The notes under the pieces: generated by a model | Told to the model about the DNA's origin: nothing | Database searches by the model: none | Seen by the model: the letters and a program-made list of their open reading frames with translations, nothing else | Position numbers and translations under genes: made by a program | Shown: positions 60,662 through 62,657 of the stretch, in pieces | How the letters are laid out: the number at the start of each line of letters is the position of its first letter | Numbering within the stretch: the stretch's first letter is position 1 | Assembly (NCBI GenBank): GCA_964545165.1 | Contig: CAZJEQ010000006.1 | Span: forward strand, 1-62,657 | Direction: 5' to 3' | DNA length: 62,657 nt | Origin: an uncultured Candidatus Saccharibacteria bacterium | Lineage (GTDB): Bacteria > Patescibacteriota > Minisyncoccia > Phycocordibacterales > UBA2100

Positions 60662-61894
60662 ATGGTGTTCGGCTCGGGGGTCGTTTTTATACTGCTTTTT
60701 CTCTCGCTGTACTTCGAGATCTTTTTGCTGATCGCCTTTTTGCAGCGCCGCTTCACGACGCTCCCGACGGATCGCGATATGGGCGAGCGCGTCTTGCCGA
60801 AAGTCGCCATCGTCGTCCCCTGCTACAACGAAGCGAAGACGCTCTCGGCGTCGCTCACCTCGCTGCTCGCGCTCCACTACCCCAAGGAATTGCTCGAGAT
60901 TATCGTGGTCGATGACGGCTCGCGCGACGAGACGCTCACGGTGGCGAGAAGCTTCGCGCATGATTCGCGCATCACTATTCTCACCAAAGAAAACGGCGGC
61001 AAGCACACGGCAATGAATCTCGGCCTCGAGCACACCGATGCAGAATTCGTCGGCTGCCTCGATGCTGATTCGATCGTGGCACCCGAGGCGCTCATGCATA
61101 TCGTGCCGGTGTTTAACAACCCACGAGTTGCAGCAGTGACGCCGGGCATCCACGTGAAGCGCCCAAAAACGGTGCTGCAGCACATGCAAAACGTCGAGTA
61201 TCGCCTCTCGCTCTTCAATCGCTTTATCCTTGCCTCGCTCGGCTCGGCATTTATCACCCCCGGACCATTCTCGATCTTCCGCGCGAGCGTCGTGCGGGAG
61301 CTTGGCACCTGGCGCTACGCACATTCGACAGAAGACATGGAGATGGCACTCCGTATCCAGGAAGCCGGCTACCTCATCGCCAACGCACCGGGCGCGATCG
61401 TACACACGGCGACGCCCGAGCACTTCCCCGCGCTCTTTCGCCAGCGCGTACGCTGGACCTACGGCTGGCTGCGCAATGCCGTCGACTACCGCCACATGTT
61501 TGGCAATCACAAGTACGGCAACCTCGGCCTCATCATCCTCCCCTTCGCGATTCTCTCGATTTTTACGGGACTCTATTTCTTCATACGCGTCATGTACTAC
61601 CTCGCGCTCGCGATCTACGAGGCATACATCAAATATCAGTATGTGGGATTCCACTTTGCACCGAACGTGCCTGATCCGTTCTTCTTCAACACCAGCGCCG
61701 TGTGGTTCTTGGTGTGGACCTCTGTCGCGCTTATCCTCGCGCTCATCTGCCTCGGCTCGTTTATCGGCACGGGCAAGCGCTATCCGCCGGTCTCGACACC
61801 GCTCTTCGTCATTTTCTACAGCTTCCTCGTGCCGCTGTGGCTCGGTGCGGCAGTATTTCGCGCAGTCTTTAAGACCGGTGTGCGCTGGAGATAA
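60662..61894 (+). CDS. processive family-2 glycosyltransferase (NodC/PgaC/cellulose-synthase-like)
   Basis: VVPCYNE, VDDGSRDET, LDADS, STEDMEMALR and QRVRWTYGW (QxxRW), plus N- and C-terminal TM helices. Confidence 0.85.
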   Translation: MVFGSGVVFILLFLSLYFEIFLLIAFLQRRFTTLPTDRDMGERVLPKVAIVVPCYNEAKTLSASLTSLLALHYPKELLEIIVVDDGSRDETLTVARSFAHDSRITILTKENGGKHTAMNLGLEHTDAEFVGCLDADSIVAPEALMHIVPVFNNPRVAAVTPGIHVKRPKTVLQHMQNVEYRLSLFNRFILASLGSAFITPGPFSIFRASVVRELGTWRYAHSTEDMEMALRIQEAGYLIANAPGAIVHTATPEHFPALFRQRVRWTYGWLRNAVDYRHMFGNHKYGNLGLIILPFAILSIFTGLYFFIRVMYYLALAIYEAYIKYQYVGFHFAPNVPDPFFFNTSAVWFLVWTSVALILALICLGSFIGTGKRYPPVSTPLFVIFYSFLVPLWLGAAVFRAVFKTGVRWR

Positions 61895-61924
61895 CCACAC
61901 TTTTAAGGTACGCTAGCCCAACAT

Positions 61925-62617
61925 ATGGACCCTATTTCCAGTACTCGCACCGCCCGCTGGGGCAGCTATCTCGTAGCTTTTTTGATTACGGCGCTCATCT
62001 TCGCGACCGCCCTCTACGCATCGAATTATTTCAATGACCGTCGCCTCGCGGAGATCGCCGCGACCCAAGACAATATCTCCATCGACATCCTCTCGACGCA
62101 GACACAGTTTGATCTGCTCAAGGAGCACTCGTGTGCAGACATCGCAGAGAATTCCGTGCTCTCCAATGAATTGCAGCCGCTCGGCTCGCGCCTCTCGTAT
62201 CTGGAGCAGCAGCCAAACGTAAATCAGGATGAGCTCGCGCGTCTCAAACGCTACTACTCACTCCTCGAAATCAAGGACTACATCTTGATGCAGGAGGTCT
62301 CGGACAAGTGCCGCCTGAATCCGGTCTTCGTTCTCTACTTCTATTCGAACCAGGGCGATTGCGAAGCCTGCGAGCGACAAGGCTACGCACTCACTGGCCT
62401 CGCGCAGAAATACCCACTGGTACGCATCTACTCCTTCGATTACAATCTCGGCCTCTCGGCGCTCCGCACACTCACGGAAATCAACAACGTGCAGGGCGAT
62501 TCGCTCCCGGCACTCGTGATCAAAAACAAGGTCTACTACGGACTTCACACGGTGGAAGATATCGAGAAGATTCTCCCCGAGCTCGCCAAGATGGCGACGA
62601 CTACCGCACAGCGCTAA
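61925..62617 (+). CDS. membrane-anchored thioredoxin-fold-like protein with CxxC
   Basis: One TM helix. FVLYFYSNQGDCEACERQG (CxxC preceded by a beta-strand, as in thioredoxin-like folds). Function not assigned. Confidence 0.5.
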   Translation: MDPISSTRTARWGSYLVAFLITALIFATALYASNYFNDRRLAEIAATQDNISIDILSTQTQFDLLKEHSCADIAENSVLSNELQPLGSRLSYLEQQPNVNQDELARLKRYYSLLEIKDYILMQEVSDKCRLNPVFVLYFYSNQGDCEACERQGYALTGLAQKYPLVRIYSFDYNLGLSALRTLTEINNVQGDSLPALVIKNKVYYGLHTVEDIEKILPELAKMATTTAQR

Positions 62618-62618
62618 G

Positions 62619-62650
62619 AAAAAGGACCTCTGTGAGGTCCTTTTTCTTTC
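62619..62650 (+). terminator. rho-independent terminator
   Basis: AAAAAGGACCTC-tgt-GAGGTCCTTTTT. Confidence 0.8.
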
Positions 62651-62657
62651 GTGAGCC

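Noticed and set aside
59803-60810. Long N-terminal extensions in the ORF track for pheS (335 aa).
   Set aside because: The extension is Arg/Ser/Lys-rich, overlaps the divergent promoter region, and precedes a well-placed start with a -10 box. The conserved domain begins at the shorter start. Similar extensions were trimmed for smc (754 aa), 38221-38985, 38652-39119, 11355-11897, 47039-49018, 41321-41716 and 3242-3946.
60542-61900. 452-aa minus-strand ORF.
   Set aside because: It is antisense to the GT2 synthase, which has clear D/D/D/QxxRW motifs. The composition (Arg/Glu/His/Asp-rich) is typical of a shadow ORF. The same reasoning applies to 10027-11130 (anti-valS), 43693-44769 (anti-dnaE), 55792-56685 (anti-gyrB), 29451-30209 (anti-rpoB), 14452-15111, 16154-16720 and 18546-19253.

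Overview
High-GC (about 60% by eye) bacterial chromosome segment with a streamlined housekeeping backbone. The backbone carries tRNA-Glu/Ser/Val, tsaC, tsaD, valS, hsp20, rpoD-dnaG, rpoC-rpoB, trmD-khpA-rpsP, a short smc, rnc, a nusB::Nudix fusion, rpmF, rnhB, dnaE, an N-terminally minimal thrS, gyrB, pheS-pheT and a processive family-2 glycosyltransferase. Several proteins are shorter than in model bacteria (valS 726 aa, thrS about 411 aa, smc about 734 aa, pheS about 250 aa). Together with the sortase and surface-protein content this resembles a reduced CPR/Patescibacteria-type genome, but that is inference only. I saw no rRNA, CRISPR array, transposase, integrase or reverse transcriptase. 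Backbone genes mostly have a -10 box 6-10 nt from the start codon (leaderless type). Inserted accessory genes instead carry strong GGAGG Shine-Dalgarno sites, their own TTGACA-17-TAnnnT promoters and hairpin terminators. There are five accessory blocks. (1) 7.2-9.2 kb: an orphan 326-aa protein and two tiny membrane proteins. (2) 13.0-20.3 kb: a PD-(D/E)XK nuclease, a GNAT, and a reiterated small-gene cassette array ending in an AT-rich gene with an Rx4H HEPN-like motif. (3) 32.15-32.85 kb: a mini-insertion that duplicated the trmD 3' end. (4) 37.7-39.5 kb: four small membrane, secreted or cytosolic proteins. (5) 47.0-55.3 kb: a sortase, two extreme repeat proteins and Cys-rich secreted proteins. 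The best candidates for something undescribed are the cassette array with its shared terminator-palindrome-promoter junctions (15.5-20.3 kb) and the sortase-linked uninterrupted hexad-repeat and decapeptide-repeat surface proteins. All functional calls rest on motifs recognised by eye; no database search was run.
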